DNA of 64,000 nt from Octopus vulgaris (GCA_951406725.2 OX597826.1:12462001-12526000); one strand, 5' to 3'. Shown: positions 1 to 13,180, counted from the stretch's first letter. Numbers and translations: made by a program. Notes: generated by a model not told the origin, from the sequence alone.

Positions 1-392
1 TATATATATAAACACACATACACATACCTACTGACAAATATATATGCGTATATGCATATGTATACACACACACACACACACACGAATACGCACGCATGTA
101 TATACATGCATACACATATATACATATATAAATATATATATATATATATGTATCCCTCTCTCTCTCTATATATAAATATATGTATATATGTATATATATA
201 TATATGCATATATATATATATATATATAAGGCATTAATAAATCTCTGAACGAGATATAAACAGTAACCGCTCGACAACGTATAGTGTATATATATATATG
301 TATAATATATATAACTATATCTCTATCTATTATATCTCTCTCTCTCTCTCTCTCTCTCTCTTTATATATATGCATATATATGATATATATGT

Positions 393-450
393 TAAAGGCG
401 GTGCTCCAGCATGGCGGCCGTCAAATAACTGAAAAAAGCAAAAAGGAGAG
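393..450 (+). mobile_element. 3' tail fragment of SINE family B
   Basis: TAAAGGCGGTGCTCCAGCATGG..ACTGAAA matches the 3' end of the full copy at 61330-61780. Confidence 0.7.
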
Positions 451-658
451 AATATATTTATATAGCGTGTAATATGCGCACTTGGCTCAACTTCCGAGTC
501 GCAAGTGACGATTGTATTTTATATGTGTATGTGTGTATATTAATATATGTATATCCACACTCTTATTTAACTTCGAAATCTAATCCTCAATCACTCAGCA
601 TCTCTGATTAGATGAATCTTTCTGTCTAACTGTCTGGCTACCTACCTACCTATCTAAA

Positions 659-773
<115 letters not shown>

Positions 774-1296
774 ATGCCTTTCCGACTGTTTGTGAAAATA
801 TGTCTTTCTGTCTACAGATGTTTAACGTTTCTGTATGTATTCATGTGCGTGTGCGTTTTGTGTGCATTTGCGTTTGTGTATGAATGTAAGGATGCATGTT
901 TCGTGCGTGTTTGCCTGCTCTTGTGGGTGCGCGCTTCTGTGAGTGTGTGTATGTGTGTGTGTGCGTGTGTGTGCGTGCATGTGCGTCAGTTATAATCAAT
1001 ACCAAAACAACCGCCATGGATTCAGTGAATAAACGAACTACAGACAGGCATGCAGAAATAGAGAAAATAAACGCAAAGAATGCAAACGTGAACCACACGT
1101 GATATGACTGAAGCATATGCAGATCCTTGAAATGTGCCAAAGAACGCAAAATGTGCACACCCCTATACATATACAAGCGCACGCCCTTACTGGCACTCGC
1201 TTGCTAGTCCAAAAATTGACAATCTCTGCCGACTTAGCCCTTGTCTGGGCTGAACTGGTACATCCCATTCAACGGTGTAACACAGGCAGAATAGAA

Positions 1297-1697
1297 TATT
1301 TTCTACTCTAGGCACAAGGCCCGATATTTTGGGTGAAGGGACCAGTCCATTAGATCAACACCAGTATGCAACTGGTACTTAATTTATCGACCCCGAAAGG
1401 ATGAAAGACAAAGTCGACCTCGGCGGAATTTGAACTCAGAACGTAACGGTAGACGAAATACCTATTTCTTTACTACCCACAAGGGGCTAAACACAGAGAG
1501 GACAAACAAGGACAGACAAACGGATTAAGTCGATTATATCGACCCCAGTGCGTAACTGGTACTTACTTAATCGACCCCGAAAGGATGAAAGGCAAAGTCG
1601 ACCTCGGCGGAATTTAAACTCAGAAAGTTGAGCGGCAGACGAAATACCGCTAAGCACTTCACCCGGCGTGCTAACGTGTTTTCCAGCTCGCCGCCTT
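1297..1697 (-). mobile_element. Composite (dimeric) tRNA-derived SINE, family A
   Basis: minus-strand head GGCGGCGAGCTGG..GTT(C/T)AAATTCC (A/B-box-like); core GTCGACTTTGCCTTTCATCCTTTCGGGGTCGAT present twice; 15-bp TSD ACAG(G/A)CAGAATAGAA at 1282-1296 and 1698-1712. Confidence 0.9.
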
Positions 1698-1699
1698 AC

Positions 1700-2200
1700 A
1701 GACAGAATAGAACGTCAAAGTTTTATATGATAAACATATTTCTCTTATGAACTTCATTAGCTCACAGCTGTTTCTGTTAGACGATGAAGTGGACTCATAT
1801 TTGAGCGCCCGAGTGATACCTTATAGCTTCACCGGAGCTATGTGAAATCTTACATTACCAATTCATATTATTTATTAACTACAAAAATAGGAACATCTAA
1901 ATCCAACAAAATAAAACAATATACATCAATTTATGTAGTTAATAAATAATATGAATTGGTAATGTCTGTAAGTCGATGAATAAAATGAATCTATTCCTCC
2001 ATTTTCTTATTTGTATTATGAATTTGAGGTAAAATAGTTTACCTTCGCCCATCTAATACAATAAATGAATTAATTGCATTGCAATTATAAGCATTTATGT
2101 ATTTGCCTTTTGGGTACTTCACTAGCAGTATATTGGATAACTGATATGCCATAGTGGGTAACACTCATAATGCCTATCTCACTTTGTACTTATAATTATA
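1700..2200 (-). mobile_element. Penelope-like non-autonomous cassette with degenerate hammerhead-like motif and internal 32-bp inverted repeat
   Basis: minus: TAGCT-CCGGTGA...GAAAC-AGCT-GTG-AGCTA at 1758-1840; perfect IR 1852-1883/1934-1965; abuts (TA)n. Confidence 0.45.
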
Positions 2201-2681
2201 TATATATATATATATATATACATATATATATACACACACATATATATATACATATATATATTTATATACGTATATATATATATATACACACACACACATA
2301 TATACATGTATATATATATATATATATAAATATACATACATACACACATATACACACACGCATATATACTCATGTACACATATGCACATACTTTACAAAT
2401 CTCAGGAAAAGTTAATGTGTCAATGCGTGTACCTTTTTACGTGTATGGCTATCTTTCTTTCTATCTATCTATCAATTTATACTTTTACATACTACATGGC
2501 ATTACATTTCCTAGTTGCCTGAGTGATCACACCTACGTGAAACATTCTCTAGCTATGGAGTAAAGTATTCACGTTACACAAATAAACTTCTCTACATCAT
2601 TGTAGCACTCATTTCTCTCGATTCCTAAACACGAATGTATATTTGTATCTTTATGAAATAATAAAAGAAGGAACCACAAGG

Positions 2682-3048
<367 letters not shown>

Positions 3049-3059
3049 TATCGACAGCA

Positions 3060-6000
3060 ATTAAAACTTAAAGGAAATAGGAAGAAGCGGGATTTGACCT
3101 GACCATGGTTAGCGGTTGTAAGCGTTCAAAAGCCTCCATTAAGCCACATCACTACATCTAAATAAGTGTACGTCAAAGTAGTAAGTACCGATGTGACTAC
3201 CAAAACGAAAAATCTGATACTGAAAGGCAAGCTGAAAAGATACACCGTTTAAAATTAGGTGTTTGCCAACAATGCGGAATCTCCTAACTGGGATAATCCC
3301 GAAGAGGTATATGAACCGTCTATATGAGAAACACTTAAAGCCTGATGAACAAAATGACTATAGGAAAAAGAGCAATATAGCGGATCAAAGATTAACAAGA
3401 TTACGGGATGAGATCGACAAATCTATACAATTTAAGGATCGATGATACAAATTCATACGATTTAGTTAAGATCTTGTGCATCAACTCTTAAAACTCTCGG
3501 AAACTCTTTGTCGCCAGTGAGAAAACACAACGTTTCTTTGGGTAGTAAAACGTCGGGAAGAAAACTAAGAACGAATTCTTACTTACTGGGAAACGATAAT
3601 AAAAAAAATGGAATCTTCTATTTGTGGATGAGTCAAAGATTTATCATAAAGTCTGAACTCCATAGTGCAAACTGTAAGAACATTTAGTGAAGACATTGGG
3701 ATGAATTTCTAAATAGAAAAAAGAAATGTGTAATGAAATGAGGCGAAAACGCATTCAAAGTACTGGAACCAATCTATTTATCGAAGACGGGGATGGAATC
3801 AAGAGTATAAAAACGAAAGAAGCCATCAATAAAGTAAATTTCTGTGGAATGAAAAGATTCCACAATTCAACTTGATTGCTAGAAACATCATACAAGCAAT
3901 CTGATTAGTATCTTTAATTAATTAGTTATGGCGCAAAATTTATTCAATGGAGAAATGATGAGTATCGACAGGAAAACCAGAAAGCAGCTCACAATGTACA
4001 GATGTTTCTCCAATCTGATGTGGATAGATATACTAGACAAGAGCAGATAGAGGAAGAGTGTTAATGAATATCAAAGGTGTTGAACTAGAGGGAAGAAAAC
4101 TAGATTGGTGTATATCAGGAAAAGAGGAAACACTCCCTAAGGAGATAATAAGTGAAGTACTATTATTTGTAGAACCCAAAGAAAGAAAAGAAAAGAAGTG
4201 TGGAAAACAAATTGAAATATATCCTTGCAAATTCACTCAGTGTTTTCAAAACCCAAAAGAGATAAAGAAAAGCTGGCTATAACCAATGAATGGAATACAG
4301 AAGAAAGAAGATCAAGCGTATGATCTTGGCATCACAAGATTGGGTTCCAAGAGTAGATTGAATCAAGAGGGCGATAAATTAGCAGGGCTGCATCCTCAAA
4401 TATGTGAAGATACAAGTGCAACTATAACTTAGATTGTATCGAACTGTTTAGCTCAGAATGAATACAAAAATGAGTAGGCAAGATACGAGGTCGTATCAAA
4501 AAGTTTCCGGTCTAGTTCAGCAGCGCGCCAAAAAATGACAGCACACGGCTGTGTGCGCATGAGAGCTGGCAGTGACCTTCATGAAGTAGTGCTCCAAGTG
4601 AAATTGTTGTATTTATTTCACAAGTTAGAAAATTTGTGTTTTTGTGATCACGTGTATGCTGTAGTGTGTGACTTATGTCATTTGCAGGATGTTGGAACAA
4701 AGAGCCAACGTGAAATTTTGCGTTAAGCTTGGAAGTTTGTTACAGAGACATACAACATACTTCTGGGAGCTTACGGCGAGGAGGCAATGGAGACCCTAAA
4801 ATAAGAGACTCAGAACACTATACTTGGCAGCGCAAGACCAAGGCTTGCTAAGAACTGGATGATCAACTTTTGGAACGAGCAAGTGTCTCCGATGTGCCGC
4901 ATCTGTAATAGAGTGAATGAAACCATAGGCCATATCACAAACGAATGCCCTAGACTTGCACCAATGGATCAAAAGCGAAAGAACGTCCCTGGATGAGTGA
5001 TTAGTAAAAACTGCCATGAGCGTCACGCCTGGAAGTGAGGAGAAAATACATGAGTTTGTGCATGAGTATCGTCGGGGGACAATCAACGATGTTATGAAGC
5101 GCTTGCGGAAGGATATTCGGAGAGAGCGACCGAATCTGTACAGCGCGAAGAATTGGAATCACCAGGACGACAATGCACTCTGTCACCGGGCTCTACTCTC
5201 TCGTGAGTTTCTCGCCAAAACAACATGGTATTGCTTCCGCACCCATCCTATTCACCAGATTTAGCCCCTACGGACTTCCATCTCTTTTCAAAGATGAAAA
5301 TGTTGCTTAAAAGTCACCGTCGTAACACTGTTGTCGAGACCAAGAGCAAATGGCAGAAGGTCCTCTATTCGCTTACGGAAAACGACTTCCAGGCCGGATT
5401 CCAAAGTGGCAGGAACGATGAGACCGGTGTATTACTGCACAAGGTGACTATTTCGAAGGAGATAATGTTAAAACTAAGGTATCTAAGTTATTATTTTTCC
5501 ATTAAACATACCACCTCGTAATGATAAACTGGAAGTTTTGCCAGAAATTTCTTCTTGAATGTACAGAAAAAGAGCTATAACAATTTTCTTGGAATAGAAA
5601 TGAAAGTCATTGAAAGTGATGAAGTGATGTCGTTATAGAACTTTTCTATTCAAACCGAATGACGAATAGAACACAATTGGCTGGACATAGTAATTGTCGA
5701 TAACAAGAATAAACTATGTCTTCCAATCGATGTGGCGCATAACCATCTGACATAAAGAAAAACAGAGAAAAACAAAAGGTAGAGTCTTACACATGGCTCA
5801 AGTAAGAAATCCTCAAATGCAGGAGCAGAAAGTGATGTAAAAGGGTTATGACACTACAGATTATGGGTGGAATCTGGGAACATTAAAAAAAAAAACTGCG
5901 AATAAATATTGAAAACTTGATCTTAAACTGGAAGTAGGTGCAGAGTAAGTGATCCCAAGAAAGTTCTTGATGCAAACCAGAAAAAGATACGAAGAACAGA

Positions 6001-6060
6001 AGTTTATATGGAAGGTACAAATAATCCTCAGCTTTAGATAAGTAATAGTTATATAGAAAG
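3060..6060 (+). mobile_element. Decayed R4/Dong-like non-LTR retrotransposon (RT + CCHC + RLE), interrupted by a mariner
   Basis: frameshifted remnants VQTVRTFSEDIG (~3665), DRKTRKQLTM..SDVDR (~3966-4030), AQNEYK, and RLE-region FSIQTE*RIEHNWLDIVIVD..IDVA (~5640-5740); (TAA)n follows at 6108. Confidence 0.8.
4486..5518 (+). mobile_element. Mariner (DD34D-type) transposon remnant
   Basis: TA-flanked terminal repeats CGAGGTCGTATC / CATACCACCTCG; EQRANVKFCVKLG, AYGEEAM, HQDDNA, HPSYSPDLAPTDFHLF motifs; internally deleted and frameshifted. Confidence 0.9.
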
Positions 6061-6114
6061 CGTAAATAAACTTAGTGCAGCCCCTAATCGATTGAAACGT
6101 CGGTACATAATAAC

Positions 6115-6183
<69 letters not shown>

Positions 6184-6363
6184 TTGTTTCTTTATTACGC
6201 ACACGGGGCTAAACATAGAGGGGACAAACAAGGATAGACAAACGGATTAAGTCGGCTCCAGTGCGTAACTGGTACTTAATTTTTCGACCCCGAAAGGATG
6301 AAAGGCAAAGTCGACCTCGGCGGAATTTGAACTCAGAACGTAACGGCAGACGAAATACGGCTA
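6184..6363 (-). mobile_element. SINE family A, head-truncated, (TTA)n tail
   Basis: core and GTTTGTCCCCTCTATGTTTAGCCCC tail match the other copies. Confidence 0.85.
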
Positions 6364-6377
6364 TGATAATAATAATA

Positions 6378-8060
6378 GTCCAGTTTGTGCGGCTTTTCAC
6401 CACGAGTGAGGCAGAACTGGACAGCCTAGTCCAAAAAGTGAGGCAGAACTGAACAGCCTACTCCAGTCTGTGCGGATTTTCTCCAATGATATTAAGATGG
6501 AGTTTGGGCTCTCAAAATGTGCTACGATAGTGATGAGACGAGGAAAGCTTGTCAAGACAGAAGGTATAGTGTTGTCAAGTGGTGAAATGATGAAAGCAAT
6601 TCAACCCCAATACATGGAAATACTTCAGGCAGATGGAAATAAACACAACCACATGAAGGAAAAGACAAAAAGAGATTACCTGCGATGAGAAACATACTAG
6701 CTTCAAAGCTAAATGCCAGAAACATAATTTCGGCATTAAACTGGAACCAATCTATTTATTGAAGACGGGGATGGAATCAAAAGTATAAAAACGAAAGAAG
6801 CCATCAATAAAGTAAATTTCTGCAGAATGAAAAGATTCCACAATTCAACTTGAATGCTAGAAACATCATACAAGCAATCTGATTAGTATCTTTAATTAAT
6901 AAGTAATGGCGCAGTAGTTTGGTATGGTGCTGGAATACTTATGCAGGCAGAGGAGGGGCTAAAAGAGATGGACTGGAAGTCAAGAAAGATCCTACCAGTC
7001 CTATTTCTTTACTACCCACAAGGGACTAAACACAGAGGGGACAAACAAGGACAGACAAACGGATTAAGTCGATTACATCGACCCTAGTGCATAACTGGTA
7101 CTTATTTAATCGACCCCGAAAGGATGCAAGGCAAAGTCGACCTCGGCGGAATTTGAACTCAGAACGTAGCGGCAGATGAAATACTGCTAAGCATTTCACC
7201 CGGCGTGCTAACGACTCTGCCATGGAGTCTATCATCCACGTGCAGACACTGATCGCCTATAGATGAAAGGAGCAAATACAGGAAGGGGACTGATAAGTGT
7301 GGAGGACTGCATACGTATCGAACTCGAGAGCTTAATGAGATACCTAGCTCAAAGTAAGGAAACTTTGCTAGTAGCAGTTAGGAATGAGAAAGTATTGAAA
7401 GCTGAGAAAGAAAAAAAAAATGATGGAAGAATAATTACGCAACAAGGGACTACACAATCAATTCCATGCAGCCACAACAGAGGTTGCTGGATTGGCCAAA
7501 TAGTTGGGATTGGCCAAAGAAAGGAACCCTAAAATAAGAGACTTAGAACACTATACTTGGCAGCGCAAGACCAAGCCTTGACCAGGAACTGGAAGATCAC
7601 CCTTTGGAACGAGCAAGTGTCTACGACGTGCCTCATCTGTAATAGAGTGGATGAAACCATTGCCCATATCACAAACGAATGCCGTAGACTTGCCCTAAAC
7701 CACTACTAGTTGTGGCGACATGATCAGGTAACGAAAGTGCTACATTGGAAACTGTGCGCAAAGTGAGGGCTAGAGAAAGACAAGATGTGGCATGAGCACA
7801 AACCTCAGAGAGTGGCAGAGTCGGAGAATAGCAAAATCCACGGGGATTTCCCAATCGAGACAGATCAGGTATTAGAACATAATAAACTGGACCTAGTAGT
7901 GGTCGACAAGATGCACCACATGCGCTATATAGTTGCTGTTGCATGTCCCTTTCACTTACAAATAATCAAGAAGGAAGGCGAAAAAAATAGATAAACATAA
8001 ACCTCTTAAGTGCGATATACTCTGGGCGAAGATAGTGCCTCTTGTGGGACATACAAAAAC
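6378..8060 (+). mobile_element. Second decayed R4/Dong-like LINE (5'-truncated)
   Basis: EAELDSLVQ..RIFSNDIKMEFGLSKCA, SKLNARNI, GRGLISVEDC, AAQDQAL, CLIC..ETIAHITNEC, DFPIETDQVLEHNKLDLVVVDK. Confidence 0.9.
7002..7222 (-). mobile_element. SINE family A inserted in the LINE
   Basis: near-identical to other copies; splits the LINE RKIL..HGVYHPRADTDRL segment. Confidence 0.9.
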
Positions 8061-8183
8061 TGGTTGAGGAGTATCCGGTGATGCAGATCTATATCGTCGG
8101 GTGATAAATAAATAAAAAAATCTCTTGAAATTGACGTGCAAGTGGTCGAGCACTCCACAGACACGTGTACCCTTAACGTAGTT

Positions 8184-8277
8184 CTCGAAACGTTAAGTCC
8201 TTCTTTCTTTCCTTTCCTGAGTGTCCAATAACACTATACTTGTTCCACGTCCTCGTGTTGTGTTTTCATGTTTGGAT

Positions 8278-8282
<5 letters not shown>
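8184..8282 (+). mobile_element. Truncated Penelope-like cassette end (same family as 20716-20930)
   Basis: CGAAACGTT...TTGTTCCACGTCCT..CATGTTTGGATTAAC is the reverse complement of 20718-20830; runs into (TA)n. Confidence 0.7.
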
Positions 8283-8324
<42 letters not shown>

Positions 8325-9134
8325 GTATATTTGGATGTGGATATATATGCATGTATATTTATATATATGTATATATATATATATATATGCGAGCGTGTGC
8401 ATGTGTGTACGTATGTAAATCTATCTATCTGTGTGTGTGTGTGGGTGTGACGATTATAAGTAGCAAAAAATGAGAGGAAGAAAATATTACTAGCGCTGAT
8501 TTGGCCTTTGTATGTTGGTTACAATGGGCGATACAACTTTTTCCGAGTTGTTATACGCAGATTATGTATTATCCACTCCCTAAGTAGTTAACTTCATTCG
8601 TCAGTGACAGCTAAAAGACTAGTGGAAAAGACTAGTGGATAGAGAAAGAAGGCGAAAGGCTACCTCTCTGTGTTGATAAGCAGAAAGGCTGAAGGTAAAA
8701 TGCTGTCATTTTGACAAGCCATAAATTAAGGGAGGAAAGGCGGTGCACTTTGATTAGATGCCAAACGACCAAAGAGGCAGAACCGATTTTGTGTTCGGTT
8801 ATTTCTAGTTTTCCTAACGAAATTGGATACGGCTGAACAAAGTTGTCTTGTTTGAACCCTATTTAATCGAAGAATGGTCACTTAAACAATATAATTTAAC
8901 TTACTGCTACAGTTGACTCTCATTTCTAAGTGCTAAGACTTAGAAGAAAAGGAATGATCTTCTAGAAAAAATGTAGACACGGTTTCCATCTCCTGACTTG
9001 AAATCGTTACACACATGCGCATGCGCGCACGCACACAGACACACACATACAATAGATCACAAATGCACATATGTATACTTGTATATGACCACACAGATAC
9101 ATATATGTGTGTGTATATATATAGTGGAACACAT

Positions 9135-9375
9135 GGCTGTGGTTGTCTACTCCTTATGCAGAGTTTGACTGCCTTCTGTACCTACACTTTAACACCATCA
9201 TGGCATCTGATGACAATGTTCTGAAAAGAAACCCACATAAATTGCACCTGCGATTTGGATCACCAAGAGCTGCAGATAAGTTCTGCTGTTTGTGGATCTT
9301 AAACTGTCTCTTGAGGCCTTCGTTGGATTTGCAAACCTTCTGGTATACACTGCATTCAAAGATGTGCGCCGACAT
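9135..9375 (-). mobile_element. 3' end of RTE-type LINE with decayed C2H2-like zinc fingers
   Basis: FECSVYQKVCKSNEGLKRQFKIH and RCNLCGFLFRTLS; no TGEKP linker; short tail follows. Confidence 0.55.
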
Positions 9376-9823
9376 ATAGGCAGAATAGTTGTTGGAGGTT
9401 TGTTTTCCATGCGTTCGCAGATGGGTATATGTGTATATACCACTCTATATTTATATAACATTGTTCTGGACCAACGTATATTGAGTTCTACACCACGATA
9501 TTAGTCTCGCTTGCTTAAACGAAATACATACATATATTCTTTTACATGTTGAGACATTGGTCTGCACCCATGCTAGGGGATGAATTCAAAGGTTTAGACG
9601 AGTAAAAAAAAACTTGGTTAGTATTTTAAGTTTCGTTCTTATTCAGTTGGTCAATTTTGGTGAACCGCTAAGTTACAAGTATATAAGCAAAAAGATTGAA
9701 GATGTCGACTAATGTAGGGCAATATACTGAGGGACGCTCGCACATACAAGCAAACACTCATGCACAGTTACACACACACAAACACTAAAGCATGCAACCA
9801 CGCTAAAAACACACATTCACTCA

Positions 9824-9919
<96 letters not shown>

Positions 9920-10337
9920 CACATGGCTGATTACAGCACTGTTTTGTCAAACATATCCACCGACAATACCTCGAGTTATAGTTGGAAAAACTTGTAGAAG
10001 CTATACGCACTGTTGAAACGGATTTGATAACACGTGGTTGCAAAGGGAAGTTCTTAGTCGTATAGTCATGCGTGTGCCTTTATACATACATACATGCAGG
10101 CAGACAAATATATATATATATATATAGATAGATAGATAGATATATATATAGATAGAATAGATCGCTACATATATATATACATGCAAACGCATATACACAC
10201 ACGTACACACACACACACATATATATATATGTATCCTGTGTATATATGTATATATTATACATAGATATATCTATATCTATCAGTATATACATCTATCTAT
10301 CTACGTGTAAGTGTGTGTGTGAGTGCGTGTGTTTGTA

Positions 10338-10368
<31 letters not shown>

Positions 10369-10399
10369 GCGCGCGTACAGAATGCGAGAGATATCCGAT

Positions 10400-11570
10400 A
10401 ACATACTGGCAATTTAATAAATCGAACCTTTTCTGGCAAGAACCAAATTTCTTTTAAAATTTGTGAACATGATGTCGATAAGCTTTCTTCTAATATTATT
10501 CCATGAATCCACCTTAAGGTACGATGACTGCTTCAACGCAAGACCGGAACCATTCACATGCCTGCAGTAAATAGTCATTCTTCATTTCAGACAATGCCAT
10601 TTAAACAATGCCAGCCTCCAGTGAAAATACGGTATTGTGACAATATCGATTAGACACTCTTTCAACAACGCTCCAAACGTGGCAATCCATGGGGCTACAT
10701 GTTTTGACGTTACATGATGGAACGCATGTTTAACACACAGTCTGCAGTTATGTAGGATTTGAGAGGCGTTGAAACTTGTTAAAAATCGTACTTCATTAAC
10801 GACTACCCAGGATCTCAAATTGTCTAGCAGTAACAATTTTAAAACCCCGTGGAAAAATGTGCGGTGACATGATGAGTTTTCCATTACTAACCCCTCCGAA
10901 AACCATTATAGTTACTGGAAACTTAACGTGGATCATTCTTGAGACATCAGAAGGATCTGCATATAACCATATGCTATTTATTCCAATAGACTCTTCGTCT
11001 TGTTTGAAGTTTTTCTTATCAGAGAAGAACCAAAGCACGTCATGCTTGTAAGTTGTTTTAATCTTGTTATACTGCTCATCATGGATCATACAGTTTTGCT
11101 GTGTCTTTGCAGGCATGAATTGGTCACACCACAATACGTATGACTTGTATCGCATACCATCGTGCACCACTCCTACGTCTAAAATGTTTGGCGAAGGCCA
11201 TCTATGATTCTCCGGTGCATTTTCGGTTCGGTAATGTTTTGAAAACGTTGGATAATCTCGGTGTCGGTAATAGAGTTTTGACTGGGTTTTTTTTGTCTGT
11301 TGTTTTGTTGTAGTTGAAGCATTTCCATCAGAGCCTTCCAATTCCATCTGAAATTAGTGTTTAGAAAACTGGCAATGTCTAAATAGTTACGTTTTGTATA
11401 TATCGTCACAATGAGGCCATGACATTACATTTCTAGAGTTAGAATTATCTCTCTAACATGGGGTCTGAAACAAAACTAAAACGAGCTCTCAATTAGTTTG
11501 AAGACAGCAAAAAACTAATACTTAATTAACCTCAAATCACAAATACCCCTTCGCCCCCCCCTACCTGTAT
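10400..11570 (-). mobile_element. Tc1/mariner-superfamily (maT/DD37D-like) transposase remnant
   Basis: WFFSDKKNF..KFPVTIMVFGGVSNG..MSPHIFPRG; frameshifted; boundaries approximate. Confidence 0.75.
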
Positions 11571-11579
11571 ACACCCGCC

Positions 11580-11616
<37 letters not shown>

Positions 11617-11724
11617 GACGTCGACGGGATATAAGGCGAAGTATACATATTGGTTGTACAGGGCAAGCAATTTTAAGTAAGTCGGTTACATCAACCCCAG
11701 TATTCAACTGGTACATATTTTATC

Positions 11725-11957
11725 AAGGCAGCGATCTGGCAGAATCGTTAGCACGCCGGGCGAAATGCGTAACCATGTTTCGTCTGCCGTTACGTTCTGA
11801 GTTCAAATTCCGCCGAGGTCGACTTTGCCTTTCATCCTTTTGGGGTCGATAAATTAAGTACCAGTTACGCACTGGTGTCGATGTAATCGACTTAATCCGT
11901 TTGTCTGTCCTTGTTTGTTCCCTCTGTGCTTAGACCCTTCTGGGTAGCAAAGAAATA
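11725..11957 (+). mobile_element. Full-length SINE A monomer nested in an older antisense SINE (about 11660-12072)
   Basis: perfect 15-bp TSD GGTACATATTTTATC at 11710-11724 and 11958-11972. Confidence 0.92.
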
Positions 11958-12542
11958 GGTACATATTTTATCGACCCCGGGTGGGATGAAAGAGGAATTC
12001 GACCCCTGCGGATTTTGAACTCAGCTAAGCATTTTCCTCGACATGCTAACAATTCGGCTAGCTCGCCGTCTTAGTCGAGGTATAAATATTAAAGTAGATA
12101 TAAGTATATGTTTTTAAGAAAAAATAAACTAAAAAAAAATTGAACATTGTAAATAAAAATGAATAAACTAAAGATCCATACATGTAAAAAAAATCCGATT
12201 TTTTGCAGTCATTTTGTTTACGAAATATTTACACTGTATTGGTTATAGCTTTGTCTACATGGATTTTCATTGTCAGAAACGATATATTTCATATCTCACG
12301 ATGCTTCTAAATTCTTATGACATACCAATATACAGATATTGATATAAAGCCAGCATGTGCGCGTGTGAATACATAGATATATCCATATATAGAAATATAG
12401 TCATCTCAAATAGACGAAAAGTAAAAATTAGCAATAACAAACAACAAGAGAACGTACAGAAGGAACGTATCAGTTTGACGCTCAGTAAAAGAAGAGAGTT
12501 TTTGACGTTTCGAACATATGTATATATATATACATATATATA

Positions 12543-12935
12543 CTAGTAGCTAAGCCCGGTTTCACCGGTCTGTTTGGATGATGTGGCTGTGATCGTTTGT
12601 GGTTTGGCATAATCTATAACAGTTTTTCTTAACCTTATCATTTCGGGTCCCCTGTTTTGATCGGAGCATCCAGCTGTATGAAAATTTCTTGGCTCCCCCC
12701 ACCCCTGTCAGAAAACAGCTTCAGGAATTGTGAAGAACGAATTTGTACGTAGTCTGGGGGAATTACATTGGATGGTTTTCTCGGTAACTATGGGGGATAG
12801 AGAAAAAATAGAAACCGCATTCCAATCTATGCACCCTTCTCCACATGTGTGCCATTTTTCTCGTGAATCCACCCAGCCGTTTGGCTGTGAACCTCAAGAC
12901 AAGAAAGAATACAACGATCACCCATGTCCAATTTT

Positions 12936-12945
<10 letters not shown>
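12543..12945 (-). mobile_element. Non-autonomous Helitron-like element
   Basis: minus 3' end: hairpin CCGGT-GAA-ACCGG, then GCTTAGCTA and CTAG|T; AT-rich TATATATAATAAAA 5' end. Confidence 0.7.
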
Positions 12946-12969
<24 letters not shown>

Positions 12970-13180
12970 GAGTGGGCAGATGTGTCTGTTGATTGCCGGT
13001 TATATATATATGTGTGTGTGGTGTGTGTGTGTGTGTCTGTGCCTGTGTCTAATTATATATATATATGTGTGTGTGTGTGTGTCTGTGTCTGATTATATAT
13101 ATATATATAGACACTCACACACACACCACACACACATATATATATAACCGGCAATCAACAGACACATTTGCCCACTCCCA

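Noticed and set aside
9154-9375. C2H2 zinc-finger gene (a family expanded in octopus)
   Set aside because: Broken Cys/His ligands, no TGEKP linkers; better explained as an RTE LINE C-terminus
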